In this document: piece after piece, positions 25,586 to 32,000 of the stretch | Layout of the letters: the number at the start of each line of letters is the position of its first letter | Numbering within the stretch: position 1 is the first letter of the stretch | Assembly (NCBI GenBank): GCA_025340205.1 | Contig: CP006868.1 | Location: forward strand, 30,001 to 62,000 | Direction: 5' to 3' | DNA: 32,000 nt | DNA from: Ignicoccus pacificus DSM 13166 | GTDB taxonomy: Archaea > Thermoproteota > Thermoprotei_A > Sulfolobales > Ignicoccaceae | The notes under the pieces: model-generated | Databases searched by the model: none | What the model was told of the DNA's origin: nothing | Seen by the model: the letters and a program-made list of their open reading frames with translations, nothing else | Position numbers and translations under genes: made by a program

Positions 25586-25768
25586 GTGAAGAAAATAAGG
25601 AGCGGTCTAACACTCCAAGACGCTCTATATATCGCAATGATAATATGGGTGGGGCTGAGCATACTCGCTCTCCTCTATGACTTAGTGATAGTTGGCATCA
25701 ACCTACTTCACGGAAACTATAACGTGACCATACCTCTAAAGGTAGGACTTACTATACCGACCGCTTAA
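25586..25768 (+). CDS. candidate short Flp-like/type IV pilin precursor (60 aa)
   Basis: MKKIRSG followed by a roughly 25-residue hydrophobic helix ([31 protein letters not shown]), an acidic residue at +5 after the Gly, and a C-terminal NVT sequon. It has its own TATA-like ttttaag (25546-25552) and oligo-T after the stop. Confidence 0.5.
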   Translation: MKKIRSGLTLQDALYIAMIIWVGLSILALLYDLVIVGINLLHGNYNVTIPLKVGLTIPTA

Positions 25769-25771
25769 TGC

Positions 25772-25780
25772 TTTTTTAAA
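25772..25780 (+). promoter_or_regulatory. oligo-T terminator of the pilin gene merged with the TATA-like box for trpB2
   Basis: ttttttaaa starts 4 nt after the pilin TAA and lies about 35 nt before ATG 25812. Confidence 0.35.
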
Positions 25781-25811
25781 GGAGCTGGGTACCCGAGGTA
25801 GGTCCCCGGAC

Positions 25812-27092
25812 ATGGAGTTACCCAGGAAATGGTATAACATATTGCCAGACCTGCCCAAGCCTCTGCCTCCTTTGAGAGACCCTAGAGGAGCGGAGGACGA
25901 ATTCTCTAGAATAGAATTACTCCTCAAGGTTCTGCCTCAGAAGCTCATCTGGCAAGAGAACACCGTCGAGAGATGGGTGCCGATACCCGACGAAGTACTA
26001 GAAGCTTACAAGGAGATAGGGAGGCCCACACCTCTTTATAGAGCTAGAAGACTTGAGAAGCTCTTGGACACTCCAGCAAGGATATACTTCAAGTACGAAG
26101 GCGCTACCCCTACCGGAAGCCACAAGATAAACACTGCAATTCCTCAAGCCTACTATGCCAAGGAGGAAGGCGTCGAAGGCCTCACTACGGAGACCGGAGC
26201 TGGGCAATGGGGTACTGCCTTGGCCTTAGCGGGAGCTATGTATGAGATGCCAGTCAAGGTGTTTATGGTAAAGAGTAGCTTCTATCAAAAGCCCTACAGA
26301 AAGGTCATTATGAGACTCTATGGCGCCGACGTAACTCCCTCTCCAAGTGAGGAAACTGAATATGGGAGAAAGGTGTTGAAGGAAAACCCAGATCATCCAG
26401 GATCTTTGGGCGTAGCGATGAGTGAGGCGATAGAATATGCTTTGAAGAGAAACTGGAGGTATGGTGTGGGTTCCGTCCTGAATTTCGTTATATTACACCA
26501 AACGATAATAGGCCTTGAGGCCATGAAGCAGATGGAGGAGATAGGCGAGGACCCCGACGTATTAGTCGCTTGCATAGGAGGAGGTTCCAACTTCGGAGGG
26601 CTGATCTATCCTTTCATGGGTCAAGAGCTACAGAGAAGCAAGAATCCCAAAGACAAGAGGAGGAGGTACATTGGGGTGACGCCCTCTGAGGTCCCCAAGT
26701 TCAGTAAAGGTAAGTATGAGTACGACTTTGCCGACTCGGCTGGGTTGTTACCTCAGATAAAGATGCACACCCTAGGTCACGAATTCGTCCCTCCACCGAT
26801 ATACGCTGGAGGACTGAGGTACCACGGAGTGGCGCCGAGCATATCTCTGCTTTATGAGGAAGGATGGATAGAAATGAAGGAATATGACCAGAAAGAATGC
26901 TTTGAGGCTGGCCAACTCTTCGCTAAGGCCGAGGGCATAGTCCCAGCTCCGGAAACTAATCATGCCATAAAGGCAGTGATAGACTTAGCGTTGGAGGCAA
27001 AGAAGAAAAACGAGGAGATGGTAATACTCTTCAACTTCAGCGGGCATGGACTCTTGGATTTGAGCAACTATGAGAAAGTGTTAGGACTCTAG
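25812..27092 (+). CDS. trpB: tryptophan synthase beta chain, TrpB2 type (stand-alone)
   Basis: 426 aa. PLP-lysine block [24 protein letters not shown]. Length and N-terminal extension are typical of TrpB2. No trpA nearby. Confidence 0.85.
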   Translation: MELPRKWYNILPDLPKPLPPLRDPRGAEDEFSRIELLLKVLPQKLIWQENTVERWVPIPDEVLEAYKEIGRPTPLYRARRLEKLLDTPARIYFKYEGATPTGSHKINTAIPQAYYAKEEGVEGLTTETGAGQWGTALALAGAMYEMPVKVFMVKSSFYQKPYRKVIMRLYGADVTPSPSEETEYGRKVLKENPDHPGSLGVAMSEAIEYALKRNWRYGVGSVLNFVILHQTIIGLEAMKQMEEIGEDPDVLVACIGGGSNFGGLIYPFMGQELQRSKNPKDKRRRYIGVTPSEVPKFSKGKYEYDFADSAGLLPQIKMHTLGHEFVPPPIYAGGLRYHGVAPSISLLYEEGWIEMKEYDQKECFEAGQLFAKAEGIVPAPETNHAIKAVIDLALEAKKKNEEMVILFNFSGHGLLDLSNYEKVLGL

Positions 27093-28217
27093 TAACCTCT
27101 CTATTCCTTCTTCGAGCTTCTTTACGTCCTCATCTCTTAAGCTCCCCTTTATTGTTATAACAGTTCTCACATCGTAGCCTCCCTTCTCAAAGGAACTCTT
27201 ATAGGGAGCCGGTACACATCCCCATCCGCACGTGTTCACGATCAGCACCCTCTTCTTGTACTTGGCCTTTTCAGCTATTGTATCCACTACGTCCCTTACC
27301 GGCCAGAAGGGACCTCCCTCGTAGGTAGGAGAGATAACTACGATGTACTTAGAATCAACTATGTCTGTAAGTATCTCGGAAACCAAGGCGTGAAACGTGT
27401 CGTTGAACCCGAACACGTGAACTTCTACGCCTCTCTCCCTAAGCATTGATACAATCTTGTTTACTACAGATTTGCTAAATCCATACATGCTACCGTAGAT
27501 CAACGTAGCCTTTTCTAGTTCCTCTCCTTTGGCCCACTTTACCCATTCGTCGATTATCTCCTTTCCCCATAGAGGTCCATGTGCTGGTAAGACCTTCTCT
27601 ATTTCTAGTGAGGAGAGCTTTGGTACAGCCCTTATTACAAAATCTTTGTACTTTCCTACTACTGTCATGAAGTACTTTCTGCTTAACCATAAGTTCTGTT
27701 CAAATCCGAATGACCCGAAGGCATCGCAAGTTAGTATTGCCTTGTAGTCTTGGACATAGGTCATTATGGTTTCAGGCCAATGAAGCCATGGCGTGAAGAG
27801 GAATCTAAGCTTCAGACCTACGTCTAGCTCTTCACCATCCTTCAATGCCTTGAATTCAAAGGGTATTCGGTAGTACTCAGATGCCAACGTTTTGACCATA
27901 GGATGACCTAGTACTTTGGGCTTGAAGGAAGATACCACCTCTTTGAAACTTCCCGAATGATCGGGTTCCATGTGGTGAATGACGTAGTAATCAATATGGT
28001 CGGTTAGTTCGCTGAGCGTCTTTACCAAAAGCTCGCCATAGCCTATCTTCCAGCCATCAAACAAGACTACTTTTTCTCCTTTATACAAATAGGCGTTGTA
28101 GGTAACGCCCTCTGGGATTTCCCACATGGCTTCAAAGTACTTCGTCCTCTTATCAAGTAGCTTCAGTTGATACAGGTTAGGAAGCACTTCATTTACCGTA
28201 TAGTTAACACCTTTCAA
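27081..28217 (-). CDS. fprA: flavodiiron protein (FprA family; metallo-beta-lactamase-like + flavodoxin-like domains)
   Basis: 378 aa. Diiron ligand pattern [25 protein letters not shown], and a C-terminal flavodoxin-like domain ([10 protein letters not shown]). TTG start. Confidence 0.8.
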   Translation of the reverse strand: MKGVNYTVNEVLPNLYQLKLLDKRTKYFEAMWEIPEGVTYNAYLYKGEKVVLFDGWKIGYGELLVKTLSELTDHIDYYVIHHMEPDHSGSFKEVVSSFKPKVLGHPMVKTLASEYYRIPFEFKALKDGEELDVGLKLRFLFTPWLHWPETIMTYVQDYKAILTCDAFGSFGFEQNLWLSRKYFMTVVGKYKDFVIRAVPKLSSLEIEKVLPAHGPLWGKEIIDEWVKWAKGEELEKATLIYGSMYGFSKSVVNKIVSMLRERGVEVHVFGFNDTFHALVSEILTDIVDSKYIVVISPTYEGGPFWPVRDVVDTIAEKAKYKKRVLIVNTCGWGCVPAPYKSSFEKGGYDVRTVITIKGSLRDEDVKKLEEGIERLLES

Positions 28218-28360
28218 CGACCCTCGCCATAGCTATTGCTAGAGCCTGGGAGTAAAGCTGAGCGCTTGAAAAGTCCACACAGTCTTCTTAAGGGACACTT
28301 AGCACAATTGCTCTCCATTCTAACCACCTTGAGGATCTTAACCCTCTTTGTAATGAGAGC

Positions 28361-29200
28361 TCACCAGTATTGCCACATGGTCATCGGACTAAAGCTTTCG
28401 CTTGGACACACCTTTCCCTCCTCCACTCTCTTGAGAGCCTTTCTCAAAGGTAAGGCGTCCAAGGCTACTGTTATCAATAGAGCTGCCAACCCCTTCCATC
28501 TCCCAAACTCCTCGAGTCTCCTCCAATCCCCGTAAGCCTTCTCTGCAACTCTTTCCAGCCATCTATCTAATGGTAGTTCAGAGTAATCCCTGCAGCTAAA
28601 CATCTTCACTAATGCGAAGGTATATTTTCCAATACCCTTTACCCTAAGCAACTCCTCTATGTTTGAACAATCGATGTTTTGACGTAAGGCTTCCATTATA
28701 GTCTTAGCTCGATAGCCAAACCCACATCTCCTCAGAGCGTTTTCGTCCACCTCTCCTAATGATAAATATTCTCTACCGAATGCCTTGTACTTTACTGAGA
28801 TTGTCCTATAAAGTCTGTAAACGTTTCCCCATGCTTGTTTGAAACTGGCGTTTTGTTGAGCAACCGCTATCACTATAGCTTCCTTGAGCGAAAGGGTCCG
28901 GGGTCTGAGACCTGGATACCTTTCTACGACACAGCGAAGAAGAGGGTCATCCTTTGCCATTTCGATGAATTCGCCGTGGTCCTCATGCAATCCCAAAACT
29001 TTTTCCAGGTCTCCTTCCCTTCCCCAACATTCCTTCTCTATTTTGTCCTTACATACCTTAAAGATGCAGTCTCCCGCTTTTACGTATCCACACTTGCCGT
29101 CAAACTGCCAACTGAAGGCATACATCTGGAGGGACTCTATCGGATAATTCGCTGGAAGCATTTTTCTTGAAACCCATGAGGTCCTTATCACATAGATCAT
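28361..29200 (-). CDS. HhH-GPD superfamily DNA glycosylase (AlkA/Ogg-like)
   Basis: 279 aa. Helix-hairpin-helix LLRVKGIGKYTFALV followed by the Asp-containing loop ELPLDRWLERV. The exact start (ATG 29200 or the internal Met 13 codons downstream) is uncertain. Confidence 0.7.
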   Translation of the reverse strand: MIYVIRTSWVSRKMLPANYPIESLQMYAFSWQFDGKCGYVKAGDCIFKVCKDKIEKECWGREGDLEKVLGLHEDHGEFIEMAKDDPLLRCVVERYPGLRPRTLSLKEAIVIAVAQQNASFKQAWGNVYRLYRTISVKYKAFGREYLSLGEVDENALRRCGFGYRAKTIMEALRQNIDCSNIEELLRVKGIGKYTFALVKMFSCRDYSELPLDRWLERVAEKAYGDWRRLEEFGRWKGLAALLITVALDALPLRKALKRVEEGKVCPSESFSPMTMWQYW

Positions 29201-29314
29201 CCTTTTACTTGACTGATCATGTAGTGAATAGAATATCTACCCAGTCAATTTTGCTGTTCATGCGGTTTGAGTATTAGGGTTATGTTGAACAAACGGTATA
29301 TCTCAACAATTCTC

Positions 29315-29321
29315 ATTTAAG
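29315..29321 (+). promoter_or_regulatory. TATA-like box of the SQR-like/DUF1641 operon
   Basis: atttaag is centred about 33 nt before ATG 29351, in an AT-rich 150 nt divergent intergenic region. Confidence 0.35.
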
Positions 29322-29350
29322 TAATATGAATGTGATAGTACCGAAGAACC

Positions 29351-30511
29351 ATGACAAAAAGAGTCTTGTTCTTGGGTGCGGGTCCTTGTACTCTAGTAGC
29401 TATTAGGAGGCTTAGGGAAGGACCTCCTGAAATTCAAGACCAGCTCGATATGACCATAATAACCAACAGTGAATGGCACTATTTCCCTCCCCTCTTCGCT
29501 GATTTGGCCCTAGGAGAGGTTACCGTTGACAAGATTAGGGCACCAGCAAAGAACATAGCTGAGCGTTACAACGCCAAGTTCGTTCTCGACGAAGTAACCA
29601 AGGTCGACCCAGCTAACAGAAGGGTGACCACTAAGGGAGGCAAGACCTTCAACTACGACTACCTCTTCATCTGCCTAGGAGTGAGGAACGCTCCAGAGGT
29701 AATTCCCGGACTGGCTGAGCACGGTTACCACAACTACTCCTTGGAAGGAGCCTTGAGGATGAGGGAAGCCTTAGCGAAGTTCAAGGGAGGGGATATAGTA
29801 GTCTTGACGCCGGAGACTCCTTATAGGTGTGGATGCTACCCCTTCGAGATCGTGGGAAGGATAAAGTACTTCGCTCAGAGAAAGAACAAAAACGCCAAGG
29901 TTCATCTCGTTCACGTCATGACCGAGCAAGAGATACTCGGTGCCTTCAAGGACGTGGCGAGGCAGTTCATGAGATTACACAAGAAGATGGGAATCGAATA
30001 TCATACAGGAAAGAAGGTAGAGAGAGTGGAGAAGAACAAACTCATATTCCAGAATGGAGAAACTATGCACTATGACTTACTCATTTACGTTCCCCCGGTA
30101 AGGGTTCCCAGACCAGTTGAGGGAGTGAGGGAGCTAATTGCTAATCCTAAGGTAATGAAGACTACATTCCCTGAGTTCAGAAATCCTACGTATAAAGAGA
30201 TATTCCTACCAACTGACGGAGCCCTCCCCTCGATAGGACTCCCCATAGCCGGCATATTCATGCACGCAGCAGCGGTAGCGGCCGCCGACTCGCTCATAGC
30301 AGAGCTAACCGGAGTTAGGGCGACCGTTCCCTATCCCCAGCAAATAGTGGCAGTAACGGACTTCGGTCCTACCGGTTACCTAGTGAGTTTCGACGTTGAT
30401 GACAAGGGAGATGGTACAGCTACACAGAAGATGTACGTAACTTCAATAAACCCAATGATAAAGTTTATGAAACTTTCGTTCTATCTAGGATGGATAGAAT
30501 CGCTTAAGTGA
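29351..30511 (+). CDS. FAD-dependent pyridine nucleotide-disulfide oxidoreductase, SQR/NDH-2-like
   Basis: 386 aa. N-terminal Rossmann motif RVLFLGAGPCT, a second dinucleotide fold around DIVVLTPE..YRCGCYPFE, and a C-terminal membrane-associated type helix. TATA-like atttaag 30 nt upstream. Confidence 0.7.
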   Translation: MTKRVLFLGAGPCTLVAIRRLREGPPEIQDQLDMTIITNSEWHYFPPLFADLALGEVTVDKIRAPAKNIAERYNAKFVLDEVTKVDPANRRVTTKGGKTFNYDYLFICLGVRNAPEVIPGLAEHGYHNYSLEGALRMREALAKFKGGDIVVLTPETPYRCGCYPFEIVGRIKYFAQRKNKNAKVHLVHVMTEQEILGAFKDVARQFMRLHKKMGIEYHTGKKVERVEKNKLIFQNGETMHYDLLIYVPPVRVPRPVEGVRELIANPKVMKTTFPEFRNPTYKEIFLPTDGALPSIGLPIAGIFMHAAAVAAADSLIAELTGVRATVPYPQQIVAVTDFGPTGYLVSFDVDDKGDGTATQKMYVTSINPMIKFMKLSFYLGWIESLK

Positions 30512-30522
30512 GGTGAGGTAAC

Positions 30523-30972
30523 GTGGAGAAGGCGAATCCCCTCGAGAAGATAGAGATGGAAAAGGTGGAAGAGGCAACTAAGGCGCTTGAGAGGCTATTA
30601 GAGGCTCTGGCAAAGCTGAAGGAGACTGGTACCCTAGACATGCTCGTTGCCTTAGCTGAGATGTCTGAGGAGATACTGGAACTAGGACTTAACGATAGGA
30701 GACTTCACCATGCTATGGCTGCTGGAGAAGGAGCATTAAATTCCTTAGAGGATGTAGATCCGATAAATCTGAAGGCGAATATCGAAGTACTCAGTGGATG
30801 TACTATGAAGGCCCTAGAGAATCCAGAACTCTTGAAGAACATAAAGCCCATGGGACTATTCTCATTATTAAGTGTAGCTAAGGATCCAGACGTCGGTACT
30901 GGACTGGCAGTAATGATTGCCTTGGCAAAGATGGTAGGTAAATGCATTAGGGAGCAGACAAAGAACCTTTGA
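30523..30972 (+). CDS. DUF1641 family protein
   Basis: 149 aa helical protein. The C-terminal GLFSLLSVAKDPDVGTGLAVMIALAKMVGK matches my recollection of the DUF1641 signature. GTG start behind GAGGTGAGGT. Typical partner of SQR/NDH-like flavoproteins. Confidence 0.65.
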   Translation: MEKANPLEKIEMEKVEEATKALERLLEALAKLKETGTLDMLVALAEMSEEILELGLNDRRLHHAMAAGEGALNSLEDVDPINLKANIEVLSGCTMKALENPELLKNIKPMGLFSLLSVAKDPDVGTGLAVMIALAKMVGKCIREQTKNL

Positions 30973-30980
30973 TGAAAACT

Positions 30981-30986
30981 TTTAAA
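30981..30986 (+). promoter_or_regulatory. TATA box of the initiator tRNA gene
   Basis: tttaaa is centred about 39 nt before the tRNA 5' end at 31023. Confidence 0.4.
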
Positions 30987-31022
30987 CCCTAGTAACGCTA
31001 GGGTGAAACGGCGGGGAGACCT

Positions 31023-31099
31023 AGCGGGGTAGGGCAGCCTGGTAGCCCGCGGGGCTCATAACCCCGAGGTCGGTGGTTCAAATCCACCCCCCGCTACCA
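31023..31099 (+). tRNA. initiator tRNA-Met (CAT), CCA encoded
   Basis: Perfect cloverleaf: AGCGGGG-TA-GGGC-AGCCTGGTA-GCCC-G-CGGGG-CTCATAA-CCCCG-AGGTC-GGTGG-TTCAAAT-CCACC-CCCCGCT-A-CCA. A1:U72 and three G:C pairs closing the anticodon stem mark an archaeal initiator. TATA tttaaa at 30981-30986. Confidence 0.95.
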
Positions 31100-31161
31100 C
31101 GCGGGGCCCCGCCACCAATCCTTCTAAACTTCCAGCAGTTCCCCCTCATGGTAGACTTCCC

Positions 31162-31947
31162 ATGGATCTGGGCTTGAGGGGAAAGAGGGTCCTAGTAACG
31201 GCTTCCACTAAGGGAATAGGTTACGCTGTAGCGAAGAAGATGTTGAGCGAAGGAGCTAAGGTATTCATCACATCTAGGAGCGAGGAGAACGTTAGAAGGG
31301 CGCTTGAAAGCCTCGAGGAGATAGGAGAAGTCTACGGAATTCCAGCAGACTTGACGGTTAGAGAGGATAGGGAAAGGATAGTAAAAAGTGCAAGGGAAGC
31401 CTTAGGCGGCATAGACATCTTCGTCTTTAATACGGGAGGACCCCCGCCAAAGGCCTTCTTGGATACTACTTTGGAGGAGTGGGAACACTCATACAAGCTC
31501 TTGCTCGAAAGCGCCGTTCACTTAACCAAGATGATACTTCCGGAAATGCTCGACAGGGGATGGGGGAGGATAGTCTATATAACAAGCGTAGCTATAAAAA
31601 TGCCCATAGAAGGCTTGGTCCTTTCCAATAGCATAAGATTAGGGATAGCGGGTCTAATGAAGACTATAGCCAGGGAAGTAAGCGGTAAGGAGGTAACGGT
31701 GAACGCGGTCTTGCCTGGTTATACCTTAACTGATAGAATGAAAGAAGTCTTGGAGAGTAGGGCCAAGAGAGAAGGAAAGACTTTCGAAGAGGTGGTGGAG
31801 GAGATAAGCGAGAGCATACCTCTAAGGAGGCTCGCGATGCCGGAAGAGGTAGCGAACGTAGTAGCCTTCCTGGCTTCGGAGGCGGCATCTTACGTCAACG
31901 GAGCTTTCGTTCCCGTCGACGGGGGGCTTATTCCCACGGTATTCTAA
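31162..31947 (+). CDS. short-chain dehydrogenase/reductase family protein (atypical, no YxxxK)
   Basis: 261 aa. Cofactor motif TASTKGIGYAV, NTGG, and Ser in ITSVA. SNSIR stands where YxxxK is expected. Confidence 0.8.
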   Translation: MDLGLRGKRVLVTASTKGIGYAVAKKMLSEGAKVFITSRSEENVRRALESLEEIGEVYGIPADLTVREDRERIVKSAREALGGIDIFVFNTGGPPPKAFLDTTLEEWEHSYKLLLESAVHLTKMILPEMLDRGWGRIVYITSVAIKMPIEGLVLSNSIRLGIAGLMKTIAREVSGKEVTVNAVLPGYTLTDRMKEVLESRAKREGKTFEEVVEEISESIPLRRLAMPEEVANVVAFLASEAASYVNGAFVPVDGGLIPTVF

Positions 31948-32000
31948 GGATCTCACCCTTTCTTTTGCGAGATATCCCTTCCTACCCCTAGATATCAAAG

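Noticed and set aside
25812-27092. Stand-alone trpB2 without trpA as something unusual
   Set aside because: TrpB2-type genes outside trp operons are a well-known feature of archaeal and some bacterial genomes. Nothing in the sequence departs from the family.
28236-28535. 99 aa plus-strand ORF spanning the gap between the flavodiiron gene and the glycosylase gene
   Set aside because: Most of it is antisense to the 3' end of the HhH-GPD gene. The translation is Leu/Ser-rich and featureless, with no start-site signals. I also looked for C/D box sRNA motifs (TGATGA ... CTGA) in the 143 nt gap on both strands and found none.
1-32000. CRISPR arrays, IS elements, toxin-antitoxin or other defence cassettes
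   Set aside because: Reading the intergenic regions (all 170 nt or shorter) I found no spaced direct repeats, no terminal inverted repeats and no transposase- or nuclease-like ORFs. This was checked by eye only, and short degenerate repeats could have been missed.

Overview
Dense, mostly core-gene chromosomal segment that looks crenarchaeal/TACK and (hyper)thermophilic. Lineage is inferred from these points: ribosomal protein L38e; an A-type ATPase gene run B-D-small ORF-proteolipid; Arg coded mainly by AGG/AGA; TATA-like boxes about 30-40 nt before start codons; GGTG/GAGGTGA Shine-Dalgarno motifs inside operons; two tRNA genes with encoded CCA, one carrying intervening sequence. I support about 35 CDS and 2 tRNAs. 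By eye I saw no CRISPR array, IS element, integrase or long repeat.

Gene order:
- partial ORF
- atpB-atpD-(57 aa ORF)-atpK
- hemL-hemC
- an uncharacterised 3-gene minus-strand operon
- AMMECR1, L38e, beta-CASP RNase, NAC, HTH regulator
- tRNA-Pro (intron)
- a 4x[4Fe-4S] protein
- a PurF-like protein with a degenerate glutaminase site
- ccmE (CxxxY type)-ccmB
- a tightly coupled nuoL-M-A-B-CD operon with no nuoH/I/J/K/N
- MFS transporter
- a compact Tad/Epd-like type IV filament locus: ATPase, two platform genes, 60 aa Flp-like pilin
- trpB2, flavodiiron protein, HhH-GPD glycosylase, SQR/NDH-2-like flavoprotein + DUF1641
- initiator tRNA-Met, and an SDR lacking the YxxxK motif

Nearly half the starts I accept are GTG/TTG, including two TTGA start/stop overlaps (4299-4302 and 5852-5855).

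Most interesting items:
- the tRNA-Pro gene with two alternative anticodon-loop-like heptamers
- the glutaminase-dead PurF paralog
- the incomplete complex I operon with fused nuoCD
- the minimal Tad-like pilus locus

I did not find a clear-cut novel multi-gene system. All calls come from reading the translations and sequence by eye; no searches were run.
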